Shown piece after piece: positions 51,674 to 60,648 of a DNA stretch of 64,000 nucleotides. The position numbers and the translations under genes are program-made. Below the pieces are notes generated by a model. The model ran no database searches and was not told the origin of the DNA. It was given only the letters and a program-made list of their open reading frames with translations. This DNA comes from Bacilli bacterium. GTDB lineage: Bacteria; Bacillota_I; Bacilli_A; RF39; UBA660. Every line of letters starts with the position of its first letter. The stretch's first letter is position 1. The stretch covers positions 13,123-77,122 of the forward strand of contig JAEENX010000007.1 in assembly GCA_016283935.1 (NCBI GenBank), read 5' to 3'.

Positions 51674-52834
51674 CTATGCATGTCCATTTTGATCTACATA
51701 CCATCTTGTTATTCTATATTTATATAATGTATCTCCTTCAATTATAACAAAGAAACATTTTTGTCCAGGCATTACATTGTAATATAGAATTGGAGATCCT
51801 TCGTTAATAGAAGCATCAACTAATTGTTCAAATGTTTCAGGATATATGATATTAGTATATTTAGATTCATCTATATCTAATTTACCTCTAACTATTACTC
51901 TATCATAATCTTTTAATATTTTACTAACTAGAGATGTATATAAATCTTTAGTTTTAAATCTCTTATATTCTTTTATAAATCTTAAGAATAAATAGATTAC
52001 AACTTCAATTAATATAACAAATATAATAAACATTGGAATGCTTTTAATAGTAAACTTTTTAGTACTTATTAAGAAATCTTGTTTATTAATATTGTTTGAG
52101 TTTTTCTTTATTGAAGTAGTTGCATCTGTTAAAGGAATTTCAATTTCTTGAAGAATATCTCTTTCATATTTCTTATCCATTCCTTCTTTAGTACCTGTTA
52201 CATGAAGATTCATATAAACATATACTTTAGCAGTAGCAGCTATTCTTAAATCTTGTTTAAAATTATTTGCTTTATCTTTATATTTTTGGAAATCTATCGC
52301 TACAGATTCATTTATATTTATACTAGAACCTGTAAGTTTTTGTTTATCTTTAGCTAATTCTACTACATTATCTTCATCATTAGTTAAAGGAGTTTTTTCA
52401 TCAGTATAATCTAATACTACATATTTAGAAGCTATAGTATAACTATATTCTAAATCTAAAGTATCTGGTGAATGGAATTCATAACTAAATGTAGGATTAA
52501 CAGTTTCAATTAAACTAGATGGATAATTCATTCCTGAATTAAGAATAGTATCACTATAGTTTTCATTTTCTTTAATCTTTACTTTATAAGTTACGTTAGC
52601 CATTTCATTATATGATAAACCATCTACTATAGTATTAAATGAAATAGATCTCATAAATAGTGAAACAGTGATTAAAAGGACTACTATCAAAGGTAAAACT
52701 ACACATACAAAGAAACCTGTTGTTGAGTAAGCAGGTTTACCTTTTTTTGTAACTGTATATGAATTGTTTCTACTTTGATATTTCATCTCTTTAGTCATAT
52801 CAGCTATTTCTCCTTCACTAAGTCTCTTAGCCAA
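51674..52834 (-). CDS. Bitopic/2-TM protein with an internal SipW-cognate-like motif; overlaps the peptidase gene by 31 nt
   Basis: A 45-aa cytoplasmic N-tail, a TM, then LFMRSISFNTIVDGLS; a second TM near aa 265; a C-terminal cytoplasmic domain of about 95 aa. Confidence 0.45.
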   Translation of the reverse strand: MAKRLSEGEIADMTKEMKYQSRNNSYTVTKKGKPAYSTTGFFVCVVLPLIVVLLITVSLFMRSISFNTIVDGLSYNEMANVTYKVKIKENENYSDTILNSGMNYPSSLIETVNPTFSYEFHSPDTLDLEYSYTIASKYVVLDYTDEKTPLTNDEDNVVELAKDKQKLTGSSININESVAIDFQKYKDKANNFKQDLRIAATAKVYVYMNLHVTGTKEGMDKKYERDILQEIEIPLTDATTSIKKNSNNINKQDFLISTKKFTIKSIPMFIIFVILIEVVIYLFLRFIKEYKRFKTKDLYTSLVSKILKDYDRVIVRGKLDIDESKYTNIIYPETFEQLVDASINEGSPILYYNVMPGQKCFFVIIEGDTLYKYRITRWYVDQNGHA

Positions 52835-53964
52835 ATAGAAGGTAACCCTAAATATGAAAATTTAAAATCAGTTTTACCCACTATTTCATTCTTAGTAACA
52901 AGCCAATCATCGACAGCTTGTCCATCTCTATCACCTTTTGTGATAAATGATTTTTCTCCGTTATTTTCAATAACTTCGATAATTCTATGAGTATAGTATT
53001 TACCAGATATATTAAATACAATAACATCTCCATTATTTAATTCATTATATCTTGTACTATAACTCTTATCTACAACAATTAAATCTCCGATTTTAATTGT
53101 AGGATCCATAGATCCAGATCCAACAACACAAACCCAAAATCTAAATATATTACTATTTAAACATACCATTGCAATTACTATAATAAATAATATTACACCA
53201 GTAATTTTTGTAACAATATGTTTATTTCTAATATCTTCTTTATTCTTTTTATTCTTCTTAAATATATCTGGAACACCAATATGCAATAATAACATTATTA
53301 TGATAGGAATTAACATATCAACTACTGTTTCAACATACTTTGAAAAACTTGGTATAATTGGTATTACATATCCATATAAATTAAATATACAACTATATAT
53401 TAAAGCAGTCTTTAATCCATGTTTATATGAAATAACAGTTAATCCTATATTCATAAATAAACATTGCATGAATGTTGTAGTAAACAATTTTAAAAATGGT
53501 TCCAAACTTCTTATATCTACGAAGCTATTTCTTGTAGCAAAATCTACAAATGTAAATAATAGTATATTTGCTACCAATATAAATCTATTACATCCACTTC
53601 TTTGATTAATAGTAAATCTACAAAACTCTTCCAATACTATTATTACTAATACTGGAACAACATTTTTAACTATATCAAAGAATTTCAAACTATATGGATT
53701 ATTATAAAATCCTGTAATTAAACCCAAAGAATATTTTAATACTAGAAAGGCAATTGAATAAAATAAACATAATTTCATTGATTGCTTTCCTGTAAATAAA
53801 TTATCTCTTGGAATACTACATGCTATTGCAAGTGAAGTAAGTAATACCATTAAAAATATGATAATACCAAATTCACCTAAAAACTCATGCATTATTGAAT
53901 TAAATAAAAGAATAATTAATGATAATATTTGAATAAAGAATATTTTTCTTTCACCACTTCTCAT
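52804..53964 (-). CDS. 8-TM polytopic domain fused to an ER/archaeal-type (S26B, SipW/Sec11-like) signal peptidase I
   Basis: C-terminal domain has box B VVGSGSMDPTIKIGDLIVV, box C GDVIVFN, box D YTHRII and box E FITKGDRDGQAVDD. It is preceded by eight predicted TM helices with polar intramembrane residues (LEEFCRF, NQRSGCNRF, LLLHIGVPD). Confidence 0.8.
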   Translation of the reverse strand: MRSGERKIFFIQILSLIILLFNSIMHEFLGEFGIIIFLMVLLTSLAIACSIPRDNLFTGKQSMKLCLFYSIAFLVLKYSLGLITGFYNNPYSLKFFDIVKNVVPVLVIIVLEEFCRFTINQRSGCNRFILVANILLFTFVDFATRNSFVDIRSLEPFLKLFTTTFMQCLFMNIGLTVISYKHGLKTALIYSCIFNLYGYVIPIIPSFSKYVETVVDMLIPIIIMLLLHIGVPDIFKKNKKNKEDIRNKHIVTKITGVILFIIVIAMVCLNSNIFRFWVCVVGSGSMDPTIKIGDLIVVDKSYSTRYNELNNGDVIVFNISGKYYTHRIIEVIENNGEKSFITKGDRDGQAVDDWLVTKNEIVGKTDFKFSYLGLPSIWLRDLVKEK

Positions 53965-53987
53965 ATAATCACCCTTTTAATAAAAAT

Positions 53988-54011
53988 AGGTATAACTACA
54001 GAGTTATACCT
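53988..54011 (-). terminator. Intrinsic terminator between the small TasA-like gene and the peptidase gene
   Basis: AGGUAUAACU-cugu-AGUUAUACCU (10-bp stem) followed by AUUUUUAUU. Confidence 0.6.
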
Positions 54012-54031
54012 AATTTCTTTATATAATTAAA

Positions 54032-54652
54032 TTAAGCTTGTCCGTATACTAAAACTGTATCAGAAATTGCTACTGTAACATCTCCAGCTGGTAAATCGTT
54101 AGGATCATTAGTTTCTCTGTATTTAACAGTGATTTTTAATGTCTTAGATCCTGGAGTGTTTAATGATAGTTTAGGTAATACTTCATCAACTAAAATGTCA
54201 GATCCGTCAACATAAGTAGTTGTAACTGTAACTGCGTTTTCCATTTTTTCTTCATCAGCAGCAGCTGCAGTAGGATCAGTTAAGTTACTAGTATATCCAG
54301 TTACTTTTGCTAAAGTAGCACTAGATAATTTAGCATCATAAGTACCCCAGTTTTCAACAGGTACTGTAAATGTAACTTCATCACCAGGAGTTTTTAAAGC
54401 AACATTGAATCCAGTGATAACTGTTTTAGTATCATCTAGTTTTGGTCCACTACCAAAGATTGCAGCAGTTCCAGTTGTTTCAACTTCTCCTATTTCTCCA
54501 AAGTGTACATCCCATTTAGATGCTTCAATTTTTGCTCCAGATGAGATAACTAAAGTTTGTGAAAAAGATGCCCAAACGATAGATACAAATCCGAATACAG
54601 CAGCGATTGCAACGATTGCAACCATTAATGAATTAAATTTTTCTTGTTTCAT
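54032..54652 (-). CDS. Small secreted TasA/camelysin-like protein with a SipW-cognate signal (candidate major fibre subunit)
   Basis: ...AVFGFVSIVWASFSQTLVISSGAKIEA N-terminus; beta-rich 206 aa. GC is about 35% by hand count over two 100-nt stretches. It has its own promoter and terminator. Confidence 0.55.
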   Translation of the reverse strand: MKQEKFNSLMVAIVAIAAVFGFVSIVWASFSQTLVISSGAKIEASKWDVHFGEIGEVETTGTAAIFGSGPKLDDTKTVITGFNVALKTPGDEVTFTVPVENWGTYDAKLSSATLAKVTGYTSNLTDPTAAAADEEKMENAVTVTTTYVDGSDILVDEVLPKLSLNTPGSKTLKITVKYRETNDPNDLPAGDVTVAISDTVLVYGQA

Positions 54653-54705
54653 TTCTTTTCTCCTCTTTCTTTTTTTACAATAGACTTCCCTCTATCTTTA
54701 AATAA

Positions 54706-54714
54706 ATTATACCA
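54706..54714 (-). promoter_or_regulatory. Extended -10 (TGgTATAAT) promoter for the TasA-like gene
   Basis: Minus-strand aaatgGTATAATtt about 45 nt upstream of the ATG; the -35 is weak. Confidence 0.35.
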
Positions 54715-54785
54715 TTTAGTATTTAAACGTAAAATATAAATGTCAAAAAAAATATGTCACTTTACACAAATTATTAACATAAAAA

Positions 54786-54808
54786 AAGAATGTATTAATT
54801 ACATTCTT
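54786..54808 (-). terminator. Intrinsic terminator of the four-gene hypothetical operon
   Basis: aagaatgtaat-t-aattacattctt hairpin. Confidence 0.5.
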
Positions 54809-55245
54809 ACTAAATGTCTTTTACAAGCCTTTTTTGATAGGTTAACAGTAACTTCATTACCATTTACATATGGTAATAATTCTTCTATTTTAGCTACATC
54901 TAATTGAAAACCTTTTCTATCTAATGCAACTGTAAAATCTCTGTATGATACTATTTTTCTAAAAGTATTATAAACTATTTCTCCATTTTCACCTTCAAAT
55001 GGATTTTCTATTTCTACTTCTAATAAATCAGGACATACTAATAATTCATCAGTTACACTATCTTTAAATAAATAAAATCTAACATATTTCATGTTTTCTA
55101 TAATAGATTCTTCAGTTGCTCCATATTGATATGGTATTTGTGCATGAGTCATCATATTTAGAACAATATTAGCATCTATTCTATTATTAGATATTTGTTC
55201 AATTGAATGAGCTTCTCTAATTACTTCATCATCAATATATGACAT
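54799..55245 (-). CDS. Hypothetical protein (148 aa)
   Basis: ORF in an operon. Confidence 0.4.
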   Translation of the reverse strand: MSYIDDEVIREAHSIEQISNNRIDANIVLNMMTHAQIPYQYGATEESIIENMKYVRFYLFKDSVTDELLVCPDLLEVEIENPFEGENGEIVYNTFRKIVSYRDFTVALDRKGFQLDVAKIEELLPYVNGNEVTVNLSKKACKRHLVRM

Positions 55246-55291
55246 ATAAATCCCCCTTTTGTTGTTTGATATAATATCAAATTAAAAGGAA

Positions 55292-55588
55292 CTATTCAAT
55301 AGTTCCTTCTATTATATCTGATATTTTTTCATCAAAATCACACAAAGATTCTTGAATAGATGAACTTAAAGCCATCAAAGCTGTAATATATTCATCATCA
55401 TTATAATCATTTTTCATTATATTCATTAATTCATCATTAAATAATAAATGACTTTCTAATCCAATAGTTCTACACATTGTATTAGTTAAAGAAGCAATAC
55501 TAGTTAATTGTTTGAATAATAATTTTTGTTTTTCATCAAGAGTCTTATTCTTGACTTTTTCAATATATCTATCAAATTCACCTTGCAT
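55292..55588 (-). CDS. Hypothetical protein (98 aa)
   Basis: ORF in an operon. Confidence 0.35.
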   Translation of the reverse strand: MQGEFDRYIEKVKNKTLDEKQKLLFKQLTSIASLTNTMCRTIGLESHLLFNDELMNIMKNDYNDDEYITALMALSSSIQESLCDFDEKISDIIEGTIE

Positions 55589-55591
55589 AAA

Positions 55592-56476
55592 TTAACCTAC
55601 CTTCTTACTTCTTTGAATATTTGAATCATATCCATTTAATATTATTAATTTAGGTAATTTACTCCAATTATTAAATACTCTTACTTGAACTTTCTTAAGT
55701 CTATTTGAATTATAGAAATCTTTAACTTCATCATCATCTATTTTCTTAGCTCTAGATGTAGCTTTACTTCTAGTAAATAATGGTTCTTCTTTTAATATAG
55801 TACGAGTTACATATATTAAATTTTCTGTTAATAAGTCAGGATTTTTAATATCCTGTCTCAATTTACTATCTTCTCTACTCTTATTAATAATAATAGCACT
55901 TGCAAACCATTCTTGTAATTTACCACTTGTTTTTACTATGCGATCATATTGGTCTTTAGTTAGATATTCACTTCTTAATTTAAGTTCATGATAATCTCTT
56001 TCATTTTTATCTTCTAAAGCACGATATATTTGTAAAACTTCTTTATCATTCATATATATAGTTGCATATGCAATTAACATAGGAATTTCTCTATTATCTA
56101 AATCATCAAATCTTATAACATTGTTAGTTAATATTTCATGTTTAACTGTTTCATTTATCTTACTCTTAATCTTAGCAGTATTAACTACTGTATCAATTTC
56201 ATAAGGTATAGCATCTTTTATATCGAATAAACTCTTATATTCATATGGCATCTTTCTTTCAATAGATACACATATATCTCTTTGTTCTTCTTTAGAAATA
56301 TTTCTATAATAATTAAAGAATATATTATATGCGCTTTCATATAGTTTAATTGGATTAGCTAAATTAATATTAGCTATCAATCTTCTTGCATCTTTATATT
56401 CATCATTATTAGATTCCATATCATATGTTAATAATCTTCTATAAACTAAGTTATGAACATTTATTGCTAAATTCAT
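55592..56476 (-). CDS. Hypothetical protein (294 aa)
   Basis: ORF; 4 nt from the next gene. Confidence 0.4.
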   Translation of the reverse strand: MNLAINVHNLVYRRLLTYDMESNNDEYKDARRLIANINLANPIKLYESAYNIFFNYYRNISKEEQRDICVSIERKMPYEYKSLFDIKDAIPYEIDTVVNTAKIKSKINETVKHEILTNNVIRFDDLDNREIPMLIAYATIYMNDKEVLQIYRALEDKNERDYHELKLRSEYLTKDQYDRIVKTSGKLQEWFASAIIINKSREDSKLRQDIKNPDLLTENLIYVTRTILKEEPLFTRSKATSRAKKIDDDEVKDFYNSNRLKKVQVRVFNNWSKLPKLIILNGYDSNIQRSKKVG

Positions 56477-56590
56477 AAGTGTTTCAACATCAATATATTT
56501 ATTTTCTTCAACACTTTTTATAATACAAGATGTTTCAATTATGTTTTCAATAGTATCAAGATTATAATAAGCAGATGTATAACTTCTTAA

Positions 56591-57553
56591 TTAAGGGAAT
56601 AAATCTCTTAATTCTTGTCTATCTTCATATGGAATTGAATGTTCTTCATTTATAATTCTATATTTTCTATTTATATAATCTTCTATACCATTTATAACTT
56701 CTTCTTTAGTTCTAGAAGATTTCTTTTCTTCTGATAAATATGTTCTAGATAAAATATCATCCATGATATCATTTACAGATTTTAAACTTTCTTCTATAGG
56801 TTCTTCCTTAGGAATAACAGGTATAATATCATCTGTATTAATAACAGGAAGTGTTCTAGTATCTAAAAGTTTATCCATTTCTTCTTCAGTTGGTAATACT
56901 AAAGTTTCTGTATTTTCTTTAATATCATAGTCTAATCCAGGAACTTCTATATCTTGAGTTTTTTCAACAATTGGTTCTTGAACCTTAGGCTCAACAACCT
57001 TTGTTTCAACAACTTTTGGTTCTTCTTTTTTCTTTTCTGCTTTTTTAACTTCTACTTTAACTTTAACCTTAACTTGTTTAGGTTCTTCTTTCTTAACTTC
57101 TACCTTCTTATTTCTATTAGCAGCATTTACTTTACTAATTTGTTCTTCTATAGTTAAGAAATCTTTTAAACATCTTTCAGCAGTCTTAACTTTATCAGAG
57201 CCATCTCTTTTAATATAACTAATATATGTATCTCTAAATTTCTTATCTTTAGATATATTAACGGCATTAACGAGTTTACTCTTTTCAACAATGTTTAATA
57301 CTTGTTTATTTTCTATATCACTTAACATAGCTAACATAATATAAGCTAAATCAGCTTTCTTTTTATGTGTATTAGCTAGTTTTAATTTTAAATAAAATTT
57401 CTTTAATCTATCTTGTTGTTTAGGTTTATCTTTATAATCAATGATACCTAAAACTACTTCAAAAATTGATAAACAAGCATTACTATTTGAGTTTAAAATG
57501 TCGATATCATTCATATAAAGTTCTCCTTCCCGATTATATTTAAATTTTACCAA
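56591..57553 (-). CDS. Hypothetical protein with a Lys/Glu/Val-rich KVEVKK repeat
   Basis: KKVEVKKEEPKQVKVKVKVEVKKAEKKKEEPKVVETKVVEPKVQEP low-complexity repeat. Confidence 0.4.
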   Translation of the reverse strand: MVKFKYNREGELYMNDIDILNSNSNACLSIFEVVLGIIDYKDKPKQQDRLKKFYLKLKLANTHKKKADLAYIMLAMLSDIENKQVLNIVEKSKLVNAVNISKDKKFRDTYISYIKRDGSDKVKTAERCLKDFLTIEEQISKVNAANRNKKVEVKKEEPKQVKVKVKVEVKKAEKKKEEPKVVETKVVEPKVQEPIVEKTQDIEVPGLDYDIKENTETLVLPTEEEMDKLLDTRTLPVINTDDIIPVIPKEEPIEESLKSVNDIMDDILSRTYLSEEKKSSRTKEEVINGIEDYINRKYRIINEEHSIPYEDRQELRDLFP

Positions 57554-57612
57554 AAATCGAGATTCTATTCAATAGAATTGCATAAAAAAATAAGTTATAA
57601 ATATAACTTATT

Positions 57613-58575
57613 TTAATCCATATTTGCTTGTAAAGCTGTAATAGCTACTACACCAACAATGTCATCAACTGAACATCCTCTAGAAAGATCATTTATAGGT
57701 TTAGATAATCCTTGTACTAAAGGTCCATATGCATTTGCTCCACCAATTCTTTGAGTAATTTTATAAGCAATATTACCTGCATCTAAGTCAGGGAATACAA
57801 ATGTATTTGCATGTCCTGCAACAGTTGATCCTGGTGCTTTAGATGAAGCAACTTCAGGTACTATTGCAGCATCAAATTGCATTTCGCCATCAATATTTCT
57901 ATTTGGAGCAGCTTCTTTAGCTAATCTTGTAGCTTCTATTACTTTAGCTGAATCATCACATTTACTTGAACCATATGTTGAATGACTTAACATAGCTACA
58001 TATGGTGTTCCGCCTATTAAGTTTTCATATGTATCTGCTGATGTTACAGCTATATTAGCAAGTAAGTTTGCATCTGGCATTTGATTTAATCCACAGTCTG
58101 CATAAAGAATAACACCATTATTACCTAATTCAGTATTCTTTGTTTCCATTATAAAGAAAGCTGAAGCTTTACTCTCTTTAGATTTCGGTTTGATAATTTG
58201 AAATGAATATTTAAAAGTATCCGCAGATGTATGACATGCACCAGTTACTACTCCATCTGCATATCCTTTATAAACTAACATAGCTGCAAATGATCTACTA
58301 TTTTCTAACATTGTTTTTCTTGCTTCTTCTAATGTTAATCCTTTTTCTTTTCTCATTTCATAAAAATCATTTATAAATTCTTCTGTATGTTCATATGTAG
58401 CTGGATTAATTGTAGTTACTCCTTCTACATCTATATCTCCAATTAAAATAATATCTGCAAATTTAGATGCTTTCTTAGCAGCTTCTACTACTCTTTCATC
58501 TTCACTTTCAGGTAATACTATTTTCTTTCTTGAACTTGTTTTTAATTTATCTAATACATTATCTATATAAGTCAT
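57613..58575 (-). CDS. pta: Phosphate acetyltransferase
   Basis: 320-aa short-form Pta; SRG and DxG motifs. Confidence 0.85.
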   Translation of the reverse strand: MTYIDNVLDKLKTSSRKKIVLPESEDERVVEAAKKASKFADIILIGDIDVEGVTTINPATYEHTEEFINDFYEMRKEKGLTLEEARKTMLENSRSFAAMLVYKGYADGVVTGACHTSADTFKYSFQIIKPKSKESKASAFFIMETKNTELGNNGVILYADCGLNQMPDANLLANIAVTSADTYENLIGGTPYVAMLSHSTYGSSKCDDSAKVIEATRLAKEAAPNRNIDGEMQFDAAIVPEVASSKAPGSTVAGHANTFVFPDLDAGNIAYKITQRIGGANAYGPLVQGLSKPINDLSRGCSVDDIVGVVAITALQANMD

Positions 58576-58629
58576 ATTATATCCTCCTAATTAATTATAA
58601 CATAAAAAAAGAAGATTAATAATCTTCTT

Positions 58630-59280
58630 TTAATCTCTTGATTTTCCAAATATTCTTAAAATATCTATGAATAAATTAATAAAATCAATATATAATTGGA
58701 AAGCTCCATATACAGCAGCTTTTTCTTCACCAAATACATCATATAAATTATCAATGATTTTCATATCATATAATATGAATCCCATGAATAACATGATACT
58801 AGCTATACTTAATCCAAATGCTAATGATGAAGATTGTAAGAATACATTTACTATTGAAACAATTATTATTCCTAATAAAGTAAAGAATAAATATATTCCC
58901 ATTTTTCTAAAGTCTACTTTAGATACTTTTCCAATAAAAGCAAATAATAAGAATATTGCTGATGTTATTAAGAATACATAAATAATACTAGATACTTTAT
59001 ATGCTATAAATATTACTGAAAAATTTAATCCAGATAATATACAATAAACAATATAAAGAATTGTACATGCTGTAGGACTTAATTTATGTAAGCATATTCC
59101 CATTACAAATGCTATTATCAACTCTGCAAAAATAGACATAGTTGAGAATCCTCTAAGTACTGCATTATCTAAATGAAAACTTACATAATAACCTACAACG
59201 AATGTTATTAATAATCCTATTCCTAGCCAAGAAAACACTTTAGAATATAAACTATTTTTGTTTAAATCCATATATATCAC
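58630..59280 (-). CDS. Bax-inhibitor-1/YccA-family membrane protein
   Basis: Seven-TM protein of 216 aa with a charged C-terminus. Confidence 0.5.
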   Translation of the reverse strand: MIYMDLNKNSLYSKVFSWLGIGLLITFVVGYYVSFHLDNAVLRGFSTMSIFAELIIAFVMGICLHKLSPTACTILYIVYCILSGLNFSVIFIAYKVSSIIYVFLITSAIFLLFAFIGKVSKVDFRKMGIYLFFTLLGIIIVSIVNVFLQSSSLAFGLSIASIMLFMGFILYDMKIIDNLYDVFGEEKAAVYGAFQLYIDFINLFIDILRIFGKSRD

Positions 59281-60570
<1,290 letters not shown>

Positions 60571-60616
60571 TCATATCATCTTCTTTCATATTCTTATTAT
60601 ATCATTAAAAAAAGAA

Positions 60617-60641
60617 AAGAAGATGAAATATTCATCTTCTT
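60617..60641 (-). terminator. Intrinsic terminator after the C11 peptidase gene
   Basis: AAGAAGAUGAA-uau-UUCAUCUUCUU followed by UUCUUUUUUU. Confidence 0.55.
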
Positions 60642-60648
60642 TACTATA

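Noticed and set aside
56477-56590. 114-nt gap between the 320-aa and 294-aa ORFs; considered a disrupted single gene (pseudogene)
   Set aside because: The two ORFs are in different frames with proper stops and starts, and no obvious homology spans the junction. Treated as separate genes.
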